41,499 bases of DNA. Origin: Toensbergia leucococca. Lineage: Eukaryota. The position numbers and the translations under genes were made by a program. Of the stretch, positions 11,967 to 24,496 are shown piece after piece. Under the pieces are notes generated by a model. It saw only the letters and a list, made by a program, of their open reading frames with translations, was not told the origin of the DNA and ran no database searches. Every line of letters begins with the position of its first letter. Position 1 is the stretch's first letter. The stretch is taken from positions 1 to 41,499 of the forward strand of contig JALDZS010000198.1 in the NCBI GenBank assembly GCA_022813965.1, in the 5' to 3' direction.

Positions 11967-14347
11967 ATGGGCCAGCCTTCTTTCCAGGCATCTAATGCCA
12001 TTATTTACTTGACCTATGGAGCCTTTTTGTAAGATCCTCCGAAGTCCCCTTTCCCATTTGTCAAACAGTGCTCATAATTCTCTATGCGTAGGGTTACTGG
12101 CTTGTGCATTGCCTGGAGATGGAGACACCAGTCAAAGTCCGAGTTTTTGGCCAGCAATCGGACACAAAAGGGTCAGACATGAAGAGCCCTGCATTCGGAG
12201 GATTGGGATCCTCTGCAAAACGCAACCCTGTTGAGCGATCATTGGCTAACCATTTTCTAGCAATACCGCTTGCTTTGAATTTCATTGCTTCGGGTGAGTG
12301 CGCAAGCGCATACGCCATTACTTCATGAAGCGGCAGCAGAACTTCCAGCGCATAGAGTACCATGATCTGCTTCTTGGATACACCATTGGAGCAGACCCGA
12401 GCATAGACTCATGAAGGGGGCACCATGACAAGGTTCGTATTGATAGAATCAACGCAGATGCCTTATGCCCAAGATTTACCCCATCAGCTGGAGACAGAGC
12501 TACAAATGTGCAGCTGGGTACAGCGATCTTGGGCATGGGTATTGCGTGGCTTCACTACGGGCGCCGATTGCTGGCAGACTTTGCGGATCCAACTTCAATA
12601 CAGGCGTATGGAGAGATCCTCATTTGTCCACTAGCATGAAGCTGAGATTGCACCGTAAATACTCGATCAAGTTAATGCTTGCGTGGGGAACGTGCTGCCG
12701 CTTTCCCTCATCCTCCTCATGTCAGAGATCATCTGCTGACAACAGCTTTTATATTCTATTTCGATCAGCTCTTGGTTCTGGTATCTTGTTTTCCTATCCT
12801 GAGATATCTACCATTGCTGGTGTTCAAGGCCTGGTCGTCTATACCTTGTCCTCCTCTTTGCCACTTTTAGTGTTTGGCTTCTTAGGACCTGTTATTCGAC
12901 GAAAATGTCCCGAAGGCTTTGTCCTGACCGAGTGGACGCGGCAGAGATATGGCATTGTGACTGCTTTGTACTTGAGTCTATTGACGTATGCACATATTCC
13001 AGTCATAGCTCCTGCTTTAAATTATTAACGTTGAGGTGCTGTAGGCTCGTGACGTTGTTTCTATACATGGTCGCAGAGCTTTCGGCTCTCCAGCAGATAA
13101 TCAACGCCTTAACAGGTCTTGATGGCCTACCAGCAGTGATCGTTGAATGCGCTGTAACTAGCATCTATACGTGCAAGTCTCCCCCGACGAGAAAATGAGA
13201 AGTCTCTGCTGATCCTTAGACTAGCTCTTGGTGGCTTCCGCATCTCCTTCATCACAGATAACATTCAAGGTGCCATGGTTGTCGGTCTTGTTATTCTAGC
13301 TGTTATCACAGTCGGAGTAGAAACCCACATTGATAAAAGTCTAATACAATCATCCGGATTCCTGAACTCCAGCTTGCTCGGCTGGCAGCTCATTTATATT
13401 CTGCCAGTCGCCATCTTGACCAATGACTTCTTCATTTCGGGCTTCTGGATGCGGACGTTTGCCTCCAAGACGGATCGAGACTTGATGATAGGTACCTCCA
13501 TTGCGACCGTGGCTGTTACATGTATCCTCACGCTTGTGGGCGCTACCGGCCTTCTTGCTGCATGGACTGGTGCTTGGCCTGGCAATCCGCCGCAAGAAGG
13601 GAGCATCGCATTCTTTCTTCTACTCGAGCAATTACCGGCATGGGTCGTTGGGGTTGTCCTCGTTATGACCGTGTCCCTGAGCACTGCAGCATTCGATAGC
13701 TTACAGTCAGCCATGGTCTCCACTGGAAGTAATGACCTATTTCGTAATAAACTCAACTTTTGGTGGATCAGATTGGCCGTTGTGCTGGTGATCTTTCCTG
13801 TCGTCGTCGTTGCACTCAAGAGCCCAAGTGTATTGCAGATATACCTGATATCAGACCTTGTCAGCGCAAGCTCCGTTCCTGTCCTTGTGATTGGCTTGAG
13901 TAACAAATGCTATTGGTGGCGTGGATTTGAAGTTGTTGTCGGTGGTTTGGGTGGACTGCTCACTGTCTTTATATTCGGAACCATCTACTTTGGCAATGCG
14001 CAAGACGGAGCAAACCTGTTATTGTTGGAGAACGGCCTCTATTCGGATGATTGGAGCGCTTTTGGTAAGGCCATTCAGTAGGCACGATCTTTTCGTATAC
14101 TGACTATAGTGTAGGCGCATTCGTTGCAGCGCCATTTGGTGGCCTCATTTGGGGTTTTGGTGCCTTCGCTCTCCGTATCTGGATACAGTGGACCATGGCA
14201 AAAGTCAAAGGTCACAGGTTCGATGCTTTTGATCGCCCAACGCCACCGCCAACTTCTTTGTTCACCGAAAATGAGGCTATGTCAGATGAGGATCGTGAGG
14301 TTGTGACGGATGGCGAGGCTTCACTTTTGAAAGGGAGGTTTTTCTAA
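11967..14347 (+). CDS. Solute:sodium symporter family transporter, NCU01977/DUR31-like (thiamine-regulated)
   Basis: Spliced product MGQPSFQASNAIIYLTYGAFL-VTGLCIAWRWRHQSKSEFLASNRTQK-AIPLALNFIAS-ALGSGILFSYPE..EGFVLTEWTRQRYG..LGGFRISFITDNIQG. Many TM helices, and a TPP aptamer in intron 12294-12768. Confidence 0.88.
12544..12701 (+). promoter_or_regulatory. Intronic TPP (thiamine pyrophosphate) riboswitch aptamer
   Basis: ACGGGCGCC, a long P3 hairpin (tgctgg/ctagca, gac/gtc, ggatc/gatcc), then CTGAGA-ttgcaccg-taaatACTCGATCAAGTTAATGCTTGCGTGGGGA. This shows the J3/2 CUGAGA, the P4/P5 stems and the UAAU loop. Confidence 0.93.
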
Positions 14348-14571
14348 GACAGGCAATGGCAGGAAATGGCCGTATGGAAGATCGCAGTCAATGATTGGTT
14401 GTTTGTGGACAACATGCTTGAGGTAATGAATCAGTCGTGTGACGAAGAGGACTCTTTACTTATACGTAGTACATAAATTAAACTGGTATCGTACACAGAG
14501 GTTTAGTGCAAGTCGCCATATATGTACATATTAGTCGACCAAATACCTCAACCCCTTTCCTTAATTGCCTA

Positions 14572-15576
14572 TCATCTATTCAATATCTCGCCGGGATTCG
14601 ACTCCTCCGTGGTTCCCCAAACCATCCATGGCCCCTCCTGCTCATTCCACATTCTCTTCTGAAGAACAACATACTCCTGAACATCCTTTTCTGTGCCCCT
14701 TCCGTGAACCAAAGCATCCTCTGCTTCAACGGCTGAATCTAATTTGACGAGACTTTGCCTCGATTGTATCCGCACAACCGCTTGGCGCAGCGCAGCCCCT
14801 TTCCCTAGGGGGAGCACTATCGCTCTGTGAGAGACTACGCGTGGAGAGTGCATGTTTTTGTGTAGGGTCCAGCGTAAGCGCTCTGAAGGAGAGCGAGATG
14901 CAATCCGGGCGCGAAAAGATCCCAGGAGTCCTTCAGTACAGATTTCAGATAAGGTGGCAACGTCTGCTCTAACGAGTGCTTGCCTCCATCAGCCCACGTT
15001 CAAGGAAAGCAAGGAGTAGATGAGAGGGAGTGTCGTACTCGGCAAAAGCAGTATACATCTGTCGGTGCAATGCGATTGCAGTTGGAGCGGTGTTTCCAAG
15101 TGCTAATTTGGGTCTGGGTTTTGCTAGAAACAGTTTGTAATTTAGGACTCTGTAATTGTTGCTTGTCAGCACGGGTTAAACTCTGTAGGACCAAGAATGG
15201 ATACCCTGCAAGATCGATAAATCGCCTTTTCAGCCTGTACCATTCTAACTTCAGCCGTTTACGAGGCGTACGGAAGAGAGAGGGTTTGTTGGAGCCGGTG
15301 GGCATGATAAAGGTGTCTGGGCGCTTTAGCTATCAATCATCTGCGAGCCATCACGCCGTCCGATCTTAAAGACTTGCCTTGGAATAGACCAAGATCCATC
15401 TGTAATTGTTTTTCTGCTTCCTCTTTCATGGATGCCTTCATACTCCTCTGTGGGGGCTGGCGGACATTGGGCATCATTGCCCTTTGGCCAGCCAGGAATA
15501 TGGGTGTGGTAGAGAATTGTCGGCATTGTGCCGTGCACCTTGAGGGTCCTAATGCACGCAGAGTTGCGTGGGCCAT
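14572..15576 (-). CDS. Mitochondrial Tim44-domain protein, Mba1/mL45-like
   Basis: Presequence-like N-terminus (CRQFSTTPIFLA), then ALHRQMYTAFA..LSEICTEGL..LRWTLHK..RQAVVRIQSRQSL..VQEYVVLQKRMW..GPWMVWGTTEE. Confidence 0.75.
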
Positions 15577-15872
15577 GATAGCAGTTTCACTCTTTTTATT
15601 TTGTAATGTGCAAGCATCTTAGGATGGCGAACGTCTAGAGTAAGCGTCTAGAATATTCTACGTAGTGTGGATTCTGGGGAAGCATCAGCGGGAATCGGCC
15701 ACAAAAGCATAACTATCCTTTGTACACTCATCACTACTCGTACTTGATATCACTCGTATGGTAAAGAGCCTACCCTAGGTAGTTATTTTACTCATGGGAG
15801 CTACCTCCATCCATCTCTATCACTGTCCTTGATTTTGCAATGCGGCAGCATATGCCGTAATACTACATCCAT

Positions 15873-16783
15873 CTGGCTTCTTCACCTCCTCCAAGCTACG
15901 CAGACATTTCTCCTGCTGATACCCAACCCCCGAGCCGAGCATCTTCCGCCCTCCAATCACACCTCACCATTCTCCTTGGCGCCAACGCTCGCTGGCATGT
16001 CCCCCTTTTGGTATGTCGCGCACTGAGTACTGCTCCAGCGGCATGGTGGGGCCTACGTTGTGCCTTGACATTCTTGGGCGAGCTGCTCCTAAACGACGGA
16101 TTTGAGACGGCGCACGAGGCGTGGAGAGTGGAAAAGCGATTCAGGGTGACCGAGGTATTCCTGGCAATCTTGTGGGTATGTACACTTCCCTGGGAAGTGC
16201 CTCATACTTTAGAAAGGGCAGCAGATGGCTGATTGATATGGTGGATCAGTGTTCTGCGTCAGCCTATCTCTCCTTTTTCTTTATCGACTGTCTCATGTCT
16301 CGCTGGTCAGTTTTTTCTCGGATATCGAGGACCGCCCTTTCAGTCTGACAAGGAGCTTCCAGGCTTCTCAATTATACCCCTTCTGCGACTGCTGTTCGAC
16401 TCTTGACAACCAATGCTTTGATATTATACATTACTTCCTGGGTACTTTATCTATCTGGTGCTTCAGAAGATCCGCGAATGTTACTTCCTGCTTGGGTATC
16501 GATAGCAACCGTGAGGTCAGGTATGGCGACATTATGTGGACATGTGCTAACGGGTTTGCAGTCACTTACGGTAATTTATCATCTTACTCAACGCAAGATT
16601 AACATTAGGAAGGAGACTTCTGCATCAATTAGTGTCTTCTCAATTGCCAGCTTTATTAGCATGTGTTCATTGCTCTTGCAACTTCACTTAGCACGGGAGA
16701 ATGACCCGATGGTGCCATTGTTCGTCATAGCAAAGAAAGTATTGGGGATGGAGCAGAAATTAGGAATGCGCTATGACACTTGA
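15873..16783 (+). CDS. EOS1: EOS1-family ER membrane protein; start codon uncertain
   Basis: Exons ending 16175, then 16250-16305, 16363-16510 and 16562-16783 read RWHVPLLVCRALSTAP..VTEVFLAILW-CSASAYLSFFFIDCLMSRW-LLNYTPSATAVRLLT..LLPAWVSIAT..FSIASFISMCSLL. Confidence 0.75.
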
Positions 16784-17157
16784 GGCGATTTGTAGGTTGT
16801 GTCCAAACTTCTGTGGCAGATTTGAAATTCCCTTCTCGCATCAACACTACACGTTTGGGCCATCGTTTGAGAAGACTGCCATTTTCGTTACCAAGGCTAA
16901 CCTCACTACCAAATATCGTTTTCTGCCAAGTTATCCTATCGTATACACCGTGACCAATCCGTTGTTCATCAACTAGGAAAATATCCATTCGTAGTCCATG
17001 CCAATTTTCAAAGGGTATCAACCAACGCCCCATGACCCCGCCGTTTCTTGACCTATCGTGCTCATGCGGAGACAGCAAGAAGTAAAAGTGTTTTGGTTAT
17101 CAAAGGAACTTCTATCAATCCGCTCGTAGCGGTCGGGGGAGGCTTGGTGTAGGCGAT

Positions 17158-17903
17158 TTAGAACCCATGGACCTATTACAAAGCATGAGACAAAGACTGC
17201 GCAATTTGTTGAGGGAGGTAAACCTACCTTGATGGTTTTCGCATCGAGCTCCAACCCCTCCTTCTTATCGACCAAAAATTCCTGAACGTCTTTGCGTTGA
17301 TCACCTTGGAGTTGAATCACCTCGCCCATCTCGGTATCATTGACGATCGTGCCATTGCAAGCTGGGCAAGAGAATTATGTCAGTCAACCCATTCAAAGGA
17401 ATGTCCTCAGGAGGCGGCGGTCAGGCAGAGACCGTCTACTACGTACCGAACTTCTTTTTGATGACCTTCAGTATTTTCTTCTGGTCGAATTTCTTGGGAA
17501 GACCCTGGACAGTTGTCAAAGTCTTACGACCATTACGCTCTGGTTATTGCAATATCAGCGTGAGACTCGGAATCAATCCTCCTCATTAAAAAGAGGTTCG
17601 TACGTTGAATCCGAATGTGGATGTAATTTTGAGACTGCCTAGTCTCCCCAGTATCTTCGTCGGCTTCGGCGAAGGGGTCTAAAGAGGCGAGGTTAGTCAC
17701 GAAGTACCCCACTAAAGCGGGGTGATGGCAAAGAGAATAGAGTCGGCGAGGAGTGCGGCGAGTAGTTTGACTGGAGAAGACGATTTGCCAAAGAACAATC
17801 GCAATCACCATGGTTGTGGCAATGTGTCCAGAATGAGGATAAGCCGAGTGGTTGCATGTACTGTCACTCACTCACCAAAGGTCCTAAGGTTTTCGATTGA
17901 CAT
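17158..17903 (-). CDS. SUI1: Translation initiation factor eIF1
   Basis: Spliced MSIENLRTF-DPFAEADEDTGETRQSQNYIHIRIQ-QRNGRKTLTTVQGLPKKFDQKKILKVIKKKF-ACNGTIVNDTEMGEVIQLQGDQRKDV..IK-VHGF*. Confidence 0.97.
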
Positions 17904-19585
17904 AAACTCGTTTTCTTCTGGTGCTTTCTGATTGAAATGAGTCTAATAAGTGCTATGAGGGGACGCGATAGCTGATCTATGCTTTGAATTGAGATTTGCT
18001 AGAGTGTTAGTGAGTGGAGATGGTGGTGGTATTGGTATTTGGTGGAATGTTCCGGGATGATTGTGAAGGCTTTGAGATCCCGCCGAGCTGAATATTACAG
18101 AACTAAAGGGCCGGTGTATTGTAATCAATTTCATGGTGGCACCAATGTGGTGAGCTTTGTAATCACATCATCGACTCCACCACTCTCTACTTAACCATAC
18201 CATCGAGCCATGAATATTGATAAGATGGCATTCTTCATGCCTAGAATGAGTAAAGTAAGATATTCGTATTCTGACCAGACCTAGATAAACCCAATATCCG
18301 ATATTCTACGGGTCGTACACTCTCAATCATTCATACAAAGACGCGAGCTCAAAAAGAAAGTAGAAAAGTCAAATATCTCATGAGGGCTGTATAGCGGCTG
18401 GGGCTTCAGTTCCAGTATTCATCCTGCCTGGCTGCGGCGGCAAGAAGAGTGATAGATAAGTCTTTAGATGCGTCAACAAGAGATTCACCTTTCAGTCTAG
18501 GTGAACTAACAGTCATGACTGCCATGACTAGATTGAGTCCTCGTATTAGCGTCCGGAGAATGAAATATACTAGGATTTAGAGTCAACCAGTTGCGGATAT
18601 GAACGTACAAGACATGCCAACACTAAAGTAGCCAGGCGTGCTCGCTGTGCGCTTTTGCTCAGGAGTCTCAGCGAGCCAGGTCTGCAGTGCAAAGACAAGC
18701 GCTGCCCTTCGATGGGTCAATAAGGACAGTAGAGAGTATAGATCCGTCATACCAGCCAATCATCCTGCACATCAGGTGTGACATTAGCAGCGGGGCTAAG
18801 CTCACATAGGTTCTTCGTAATCACCTGTTCCTCGTGAAAACCTGAGGACTATCAGCAGGAGTAATGGTGACTCGACAGAGATACGTACCGCGGCCATGGG
18901 CAATGTACCAGCCAGTGTGCCTGTGTAGGTGTGTGAGTATTTGATGCATTGAAACGTTCTTCAGACCCTACTAGCCATGTCTCCATCGGACTTCTCTTTA
19001 GGAGGCTCCACATAAGGAATTACTTTGGGGTGAAGAGTCAATATGGGCCCCTAATCTATTTAGTCCAATCGGAGCCTCACTCAAGTCTTCCCTCCGCATA
19101 TCCTTCTTCGAGGCCATGATGCTTAACAATCTGAGGTCCGGTTTGCAAGACGTATTGCGGAATTACGGATGCTAGTAATATAGATAGTCTCCCTTGAAAT
19201 TGGGCACAATGTCTTTGAAAATGTAATTTACTAAGGAGCTTCTTCGTTTGAAGATCAAGGAGCTTTGGAGCCTAGAACCCTTGAACAAGGATTTAGGGGC
19301 CGACAAGCGGGAAGGTTTAGTTAAGCGGCGCCAATGGCCATTTCAAGCTGCCGAAGCCCGAAAGATGCTGCTCTTTGTGGCATGTTATCATGATGGCTGC
19401 ACCAGACTCTGCTGACTACCCACACTGCATCGTTGTACTCTACCCAACTTACCATCACGCTTCTATGGAAGTCACCCATCCTGCAAATGAGTTACCACAC
19501 ATTACTTGCCCGGAAAAGGCTTATACATGCCTCTGCGTCCTTGCTTTCCCTTGTGCCAGCCTTGTGAGGTCAATATGACTGAACG

Positions 19586-22500
19586 ATGACCAGCCACCCT
19601 TCGGCGGTCACTCAAAGGCCACAATTTCGAACCGCCACTTCGACCTTCCCCAATCATATCGATCGAATCAACTCCCAGTCCTATCAGCGGGTCCGGAGGT
19701 CCGTTCCCCGGCAAGCTATCAGAGATTCTACCTATGCGCCGCATCCCTCGCAAGACTCTTTCCAACCCGCAGTCAAAAGGCAAAAATTGACTGCTGAGAT
19801 AAACCTTCCCGGCAGCATTCACCAGGGGACCAAGTTCGAGACCTCGCCGAGTACAGGGACTTTGAGTACCTTTCCCCAGCAAGCTTCCCAATACACTTGG
19901 GTGAAGAACCCGCCAATACGGGAGGACTTGAGTCCATCAATTGCTTCAAATGACGAGAGCATAAGCCACGACTGCAGCCCGCCCCTTCCCCCGTTTCCTG
20001 TTCGGCCAGGCAGGCATGCGCTAAGAAGAGGCATACAACCAGCCAATGAGCTAGCAATTCATAATCAAACAAGGGGGGAGGACGTTCGGGTTAAACCCTA
20101 TATCCTCGAGGTGCCGTCGTCTGCTCCGCGATATCGACAAGACGGTATGTTCATACCAGATCTCAGCGTTGAACACAATTCTAATAGAGCAATTTCAGAA
20201 CCTGCAGACTTCTTTCCATGGACAGGAAATCGACCCGAAGATGTACTCAATGAAGCGACTACAAGACAAGGCTTTTACGATAAGATCCAGATATCTCAGA
20301 ATGAGACAAGCACAGCGCGGCCGTCGGTATGGTCGAGTCTAAAGCACAAATCTGGTTTACAGATCCTATCCTCGCTGCTTGTCTCCGCACTCGATAAACG
20401 GCAGGCCCACGGCATGATCACGGCCACTTGCACATTCAAGCCTCCACCGAGGGTAACCCTAACAGATACCAAAAGAGAAGCGTGGCTTCGGGACCTTGCA
20501 AATCCTACTATCTCACTACGCCGCCTTAGCCGGACAATTCCTCATGGGATTAGGGGCAAAGCCCTTCTTGACCATTGCTTAACCAAGAACATTCCCACTG
20601 ATAGGGCTATCTGGCTTGCAAAATGTGTTGGCGCAAACGAGATTCGGGCTTTCAAAAGGAAGGGAACCAGTGGTGCTTTTGCCGTTGGTGGTGAGACAAA
20701 GTGGATGAGAGACTGGACACTCAACCTGGAACAATTCATAGAGACTATCATTGGTTGCTGCGGTACATCAGAGTGGAACGCCAAGGTCAATTATGGGTAA
20801 GTTGTTCCCACATGTGAACGATACTGGGCTTCTCATTGACCAGCGTCGTACAGACTGCGGCTTGCTTCACATCTCTTTTCTGAACATCTTCTCGATCAGG
20901 ATCACTATCTCGACTGGATCCTAGCGTCTCTGTATAACAGCGACCTCGACAACGTATCGATTTGGCTTCTTGTGGCACAGATACATTGGAAAGAAATCCT
21001 CCAGTTTCGACAGCGCGGTCGACGCTTGGCGGAGGCATTGCTCGAACAATTTAGGAAGGTATGTTGGAACAAGGATGTGGCGATTATATTCCCATACTAA
21101 CTATGTGTTTAAAGGCGAAATATAACGATAGTGAAGAGACATACGTTCCTATCTTGCAATGGCTTGCTAAAATGTTGAGATCCTTCATGAGAATCTCCCC
21201 TTCATGCTTTATCCTACCAAATTGCTGGGCTAAGTACCAATCTGTGCTCAAGGTTTGTTTAGATGAGCATGATTCAGCAGCGTGCAGTTCTTTTGAGCGC
21301 CTTTCGAGACGCAATGCGAGGCTCACGACAGCCTTGAATGGAAAAACTGATCACATGAGGAAGTCACCAATGCAGCGTCTCATAAGCCTCCTTGACAATA
21401 TTCCTGCCAGGTACAGCATCACCGAAATTTCAGAGGCCTGTCTCAAATCAGTAGACAATAGTGACCTACGAGTGACGACTTTACTAGAATGGGCATCCAG
21501 CCTGTACAGATCTGGGCTGGCCAGACTATATATTGCACTGCGTTTATTACGCAGATGGGCCAAGACTGGTGTTGACCTGAATCAGCCAATATTAGCTTTC
21601 CTAGCCGCAAATCGAGACATGACAGGACAGCAATCGAGCATCATCTTTAGGATTATCGCAGAACTAGTCAGATCCAAGAATTTCTCTATAGGTAGATACC
21701 TTCAGTGGCTGATGGCACGGGGTGCGTTGCGTGACCGGAACAGTCTGCTTCAAGTACGTTACTTTCTACGTCATCAATCTGACTGCTGACAGGAGTAGGA
21801 TGACTCTTGCGATATACGGCTTCTCTCTGAGCTGCCTTTGCATGGCTTGCCGGTACACATGATAAACCTGAGACAGTTGCTTCTTGCTTCAGTGGGCGTT
21901 TCCACGGCGGACGAGGATGTCTCTATTTTTTCTGCAAAGGCCAGGCTAGCTGAGCAAATCCCAGGTTTCTGCTCTTCTGCGAGGACTTCGGCGTACCGCA
22001 ACCTCAAGCTTTCCAATACAAGGGATTTGAGCCAAACTGTGAAGTTTGACATTGGAAGATGGGTGCGGCAATGCGTGGCTGATCGCCTTCAACGCCATGG
22101 AGCCGATGCTTTTGTCGAACCAGAAGATCCTATTTCGGACTGCAGCTCTCTAGATTCCCTTAGTCTCAAGGAATTCCGTGACATAAAGGTCCTACTCGAA
22201 GATCTCAATGACTTCCCCATCCTGGCTGATATTCTGGAGATGTTTTCCGAATGCGAGGACTGCCTGATATTAGCTTTCGCAGTTGACACCATCAATCAAC
22301 ACCTCAATGTTCTTGTAGCTATTGGCGCAGCAGGTGACCTGTTCCGGAGCTTCTGCAATCAATATGAAGCAATTTGCAGCAGAAAAGCCGAGGAAAAGCC
22401 ACTCGTCATATCGCTCATTGATCTGGCTGGACGCCTTCCTGGATCAGCGCAGGCAGCCCGAAAGCTGCGCAAAGACTTATTGCTCTACGAGCAAAAGTTC

Positions 22501-24496
22501 ACCGCTGCTGCTTGTTCGCCTATCTCGGATCACATGGCTGAAGCTTTGCAGTCGGCGGAAATCAACTTCACTGACGAGGTAGAGCAATTACTCGCAAGTG
22601 GCACCAGTATGGACAAGCAAACGATGACACAGATCTTCCGAACAATGATGAAGCGCCTCGATTATTCGTGGGCCGATTCGGCACAGTCTTCGTTTCAGAT
22701 TGTAGAGCTTTTGGCTCGTCTACGTCCTTTCGATGCTATCAAATTTGATACCTTGATTCTTGATTGGCTTGAAGAAGTGTTGATATCTATAGATCGACCT
22801 AAAATTTCAATGATTATACCGCCATTGATCTGTGCTGGCTGTCTTACATTAGAAACTGTATTAGGTCAAGCAAGACTTCTGCTAAGCGACATCGAACGCT
22901 CTGATTATCTCTTCGATAGAGCCACAGAGATGCTCGAGATCCTAACGAGGAAAGACTTTGCGACACTTTCCGCAGATTGCGTAAGTCAAAAGAGATGCTA
23001 CTTCATATAGCGCTAATTTAATTCTGCAGAAGCGATATCGGTTTCACGAGCAGCAACATCGAGCCCTCCAGACAAGCTCTTCCCCTGTCATGGCCTTAGT
23101 TGGCGCTACAGTTGAGGCATGTAGCAAAGCAGGAGAACCTCAACGGGCTAGGGCTCAAGCTTTGATCTCTAGTCCTGAAGTGATCACTTTGACACGAAAC
23201 CTTGTACTGTACCGGTCTGAAGATCTACCTATGATTGAAAGCATGTTCGCGGTGGGATTGTCCATTATTCAAGTACAACGAGCTATCGACGGAATGATTG
23301 ACCCAGCTCATCAGTTCAGTAAGCTGATCCTTTCCCACACTAAGCATGACACACTCTCACGAATTAGACCTACTACATCTAGATGCCAGCGCCCAAGTGT
23401 CTAGTTTATCGCAAATCCTTAGTGATTTTAACATTCCTCTCTGCAAGCTGAAGCTCAATGCCTTATTCGATGGAGCTTCGGAGACCATTTCGGATACCAT
23501 GGTTAATACCTTGGTGGAAAGGGCGAAGTCATCAATCAGTAGCGACTCGTACCTGTGGAAAAGTGTACTCTCGGGTCTTTCCCATCCCCATGGCATCAGG
23601 GTGAATGACTGCAATATCTAATGTGGACGCTTTTATTCTAATAAGTCGCAGATCCGCGAAAAAGCAGAAGACGAGCTACTTTCCGCGATACTCGACTGGA
23701 CAACGAAAAATCAGGATAATAGTGACGATCTAGAGTCCAGCAAGCATCTACTGAGCAGCTTGTTATCAATCATCGATGCCACTGGCTTCACCATCGTCGA
23801 TGTTGGCGCATCTCTCCTGATTACGCAGATTGCCGATAAGCTTCTCGGCATTATATCATTTTTTCAACTCACGACACTAACCGATAACCTATCCAGCGGA
23901 CGGGAAGAAAATCGTCCCGAGAACAGTGAGAGGCGCTTGAAGATGGTATACCTTTGGTAGTTGCTCCATTGTCCCACATAGCTATGCGTTCTGACGTATG
24001 CAGGCTTGACGCCCTCCTCCGTCTCCTCACTATCCATCAATCTACGCTGCAACATTCAAGATTCTCCCAAATTAATCTCTCCTGCCTCCTCATTAACCTT
24101 AGTGTTCTCCTAATACACCCCCTCTTGACCTCCCATCCTAACCTTTCCCTCCAAATATTCGATGTCGTTGCCATTTTCACCGATTCCCTCCTCGACGAAA
24201 CTCGCTCACGTTGCATTCGCATCCTCCGGGACCAACACAAAGCTTCGGATTCCCGGCTACACTTCCTGTTCGGTTACTCCGAGGCCGTCGAAGGCGAGTG
24301 GCTGCAATTAGCCACAAGCTCATCCTCGTCGCTAGAACCAAGAAAAGCCGTGGCAGCCGGGGCAAAGCTGACCGCAGCGCCACAGCCCTTTCCTTTGCGC
24401 AGATGGGAGATGATGCAGGATGCCACGCCACTGGTCGGAGAGAACGATACCAGTCTAAGTTTGAGCCTTTTCGGGGCACGAAAGGCTGTGCTGTAG
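19586..24496 (+). CDS. SRB8: Mediator kinase-module subunit Med12
   Basis: Med12 domain FKPPPRVTLTDTKREAWLRDLANPTISLRRLSRTIPHG, ADFFPWTG, ACSPISDHMAE, and a C-terminal PFPLRRWEMMQDATPLVGENDTSLSLSLFGARK. Confidence 0.95.

Noticed and set aside
12736..12745. Alternative 3' splice site (ACAG at 12745) in the riboswitch intron
   Set aside because: It is very close to the branch point and would frameshift. The AG at 12768 restores the conserved ALGSG.
13394..13906. Antisense ORFs over the transporter, and similar ones over SRB8 and RGD1
   Set aside because: They are shadow frames of real coding exons.
18140..19580. Possible hidden gene or ncRNA between SUI1 and SRB8
   Set aside because: No supportable ORF, tRNA fold or repeat was found by eye.
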